From assembly GCA_964402565.1 (NCBI GenBank), contig CAYOCJ010000001.1, forward strand, positions 568,823 through 632,822: a stretch of DNA of 64,000 nt, written 5' to 3'. The notes under the pieces were generated by a model. The model was not told the origin of the DNA and ran no database searches. It worked only from the letters and a program-made list of their open reading frames with translations. Positions 63,079-64,000 of the stretch are shown here, one piece after another (the stretch's first letter is position 1; each line of letters opens with the position of its first letter). Origin of the DNA: an uncultured Gammaproteobacteria bacterium. GTDB lineage: Bacteria; Patescibacteriota; Patescibacteriia; UBA1558; 2-01-FULL-52-15. A program made the position numbers and the translations under genes.

Positions 63079-64000
63079 TTACGGGCAGGAGTAGATCGCT
63101 CGTTGCCCAAGGAACGCTGATCCGTAGGTACCTCTCGAACAGAGTGATACTCCACGAACCAGGTAGTAGAAGGTTTGAGCTGCATTAGGTTGAGTCAAGT
63201 CAGTTGCTTGTGTTGCTGTAAGGTCGTTTGCCTCGCAGATTGCACCACCGTAGTTGCCAGCCTGACGCAGATCTGAGAGAAGCCCTCTCACGACGCCGTA
63301 TGTAACTGATGATCCGTCGGGATTTGTGACTCCGCTCCACGACAACGTTGTGTGGTCCGAGAAGATGAGATTCGCAACTTCAGGAACCTGACTCCAGAGC
63401 GATGCATTGAGCGGGTTACAATCCAAGGTGTTTGCAACCCCATCGCCATCGATGTCTGGGTCACAGTTGTCGCCGATACCATCGTTGTCGATATCGCTCT
63501 GGAAGGCGTCGGGAGTTGTCGGACACAGATCACACACATCACCGAACCCATCGTGATCCGTGTCGATCTGGGTAGGGTTACTTACCGTTGGGCAGTTGTC
63601 GCAAGCATCGCCGATACCATCTGAATCCGTATCAGCCTGATTCAGGTTGCTGACGAAGGGACAGTTATCGGTGCTACTTGCGATGGTGTCACCATCAGGA
63701 TCGTCTTTCTGGAAATCTGATGCCAAATAGCTTGCCGTGGTGTAAACGTTTTGTTCGCTATCGGCGGGTACCAGGTCTCGTTCGGATCTCCTGATGGTGA
63801 GATCAGTGAGGGTGTAAGGACCGTTGACTCCGTGGTTTCGGATGGCCACCCCATCGAATGATAGGGTGATTGTGTGCGAACCAGTAGACAGCTGTTGGCT
63901 TTGCGTATGTGCTACAGTGATCAATGCATTACCGGAATACTGCAAGCTGCCTTTAAGGTCATAGCTACCAGCTTGTGTAACCGTCACACCAACTGCGATA
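63079..64000 (-). CDS. Partial CDS (N-terminus beyond the window): secreted protein with thrombospondin type-3 Ca-binding repeats and beta-sandwich domains
   Basis: TSP3 repeats [61 protein letters not shown]...[20 protein letters not shown]. The ORF is open to the window end; the track start at 63987 is only the first in-window Met. Confidence 0.55.
   Translation of the reverse strand, partial: IAVGVTVTQAGSYDLKGSLQYSGNALITVAHTQSQQLSTGSHTITLSFDGVAIRNHGVNGPYTLTDLTIRRSERDLVPADSEQNVYTTASYLASDFQKDDPDGDTIASSTDNCPFVSNLNQADTDSDGIGDACDNCPTVSNPTQIDTDHDGFGDVCDLCPTTPDAFQSDIDNDGIGDNCDPDIDGDGVANTLDCNPLNASLWSQVPEVANLIFSDHTTLSWSGVTNPDGSSVTYGVVRGLLSDLRQAGNYGGAICEANDLTATQATDLTQPNAAQTFYYLVRGVSLCSRGTYGSAFLGQRAIYSCP

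Overview
The window is a compact, low-GC (roughly 42-46%) bacterial chromosome segment with short intergenic gaps and frequent 4-nt ATGA stop/start overlaps (operons). It uses the standard genetic code, as shown by intact ORFs of 1200-1600 aa. The content resembles a reduced-genome, Gram-positive-type organism, possibly CPR/Patescibacteria-like: sortase with an LPXTG substrate, a DsbB/BdbC oxidase, an archaeal-type AMP phosphorylase, and many type IV pilus genes. This placement is a hedged inference, not a database result. The main features, in order, are listed below.

- A 7TM-sensor histidine kinase with a standalone 7TM paralog.
- A three-gene putative aminolipid cassette: alpha-oxoamine synthase, acyl-CoA synthetase and an alpha/beta hydrolase.
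- An ~18 kb single-strand supercluster (9831-27937) that joins a Che-like chemosensory module (MCP, CheW, CheA, CheY-like receiver with zinc ribbon) to type IV pilus machinery. The pilus part comprises the PilB ATPase, the PilC platform, three pilin-like genes with very large C-terminal domains, a 1587-aa Ig-repeat giant protein, and a PilM-PilN fusion.
- A stand-alone OLD-family ATPase-TOPRIM nuclease, a candidate defence gene.
- An unannotated 39-aa metallothionein-like Cys-rich ORF.
- A sortase next to a 1202-aa LPXTG protein built from Myxococcus-type Cys-rich repeats with a (Gly)15 tract, plus a DsbB/BdbC oxidase.
- An ~480-bp high-GC island.
- An 880-bp non-coding stretch.
- A P-type ATPase, an acyl-CoA desaturase, and a candidate ~200-nt sRNA between the desaturase and typA.
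- TypA/BipA, an L,D-transpeptidase, a further pilin gene, and three consecutive GT-C-like polytopic membrane proteins.

Several genes have consensus sigma70 -35/-10 boxes placed 7-10 nt from the start codon, which implies leaderless mRNAs. No rRNA, tRNA or CRISPR array was recognised.
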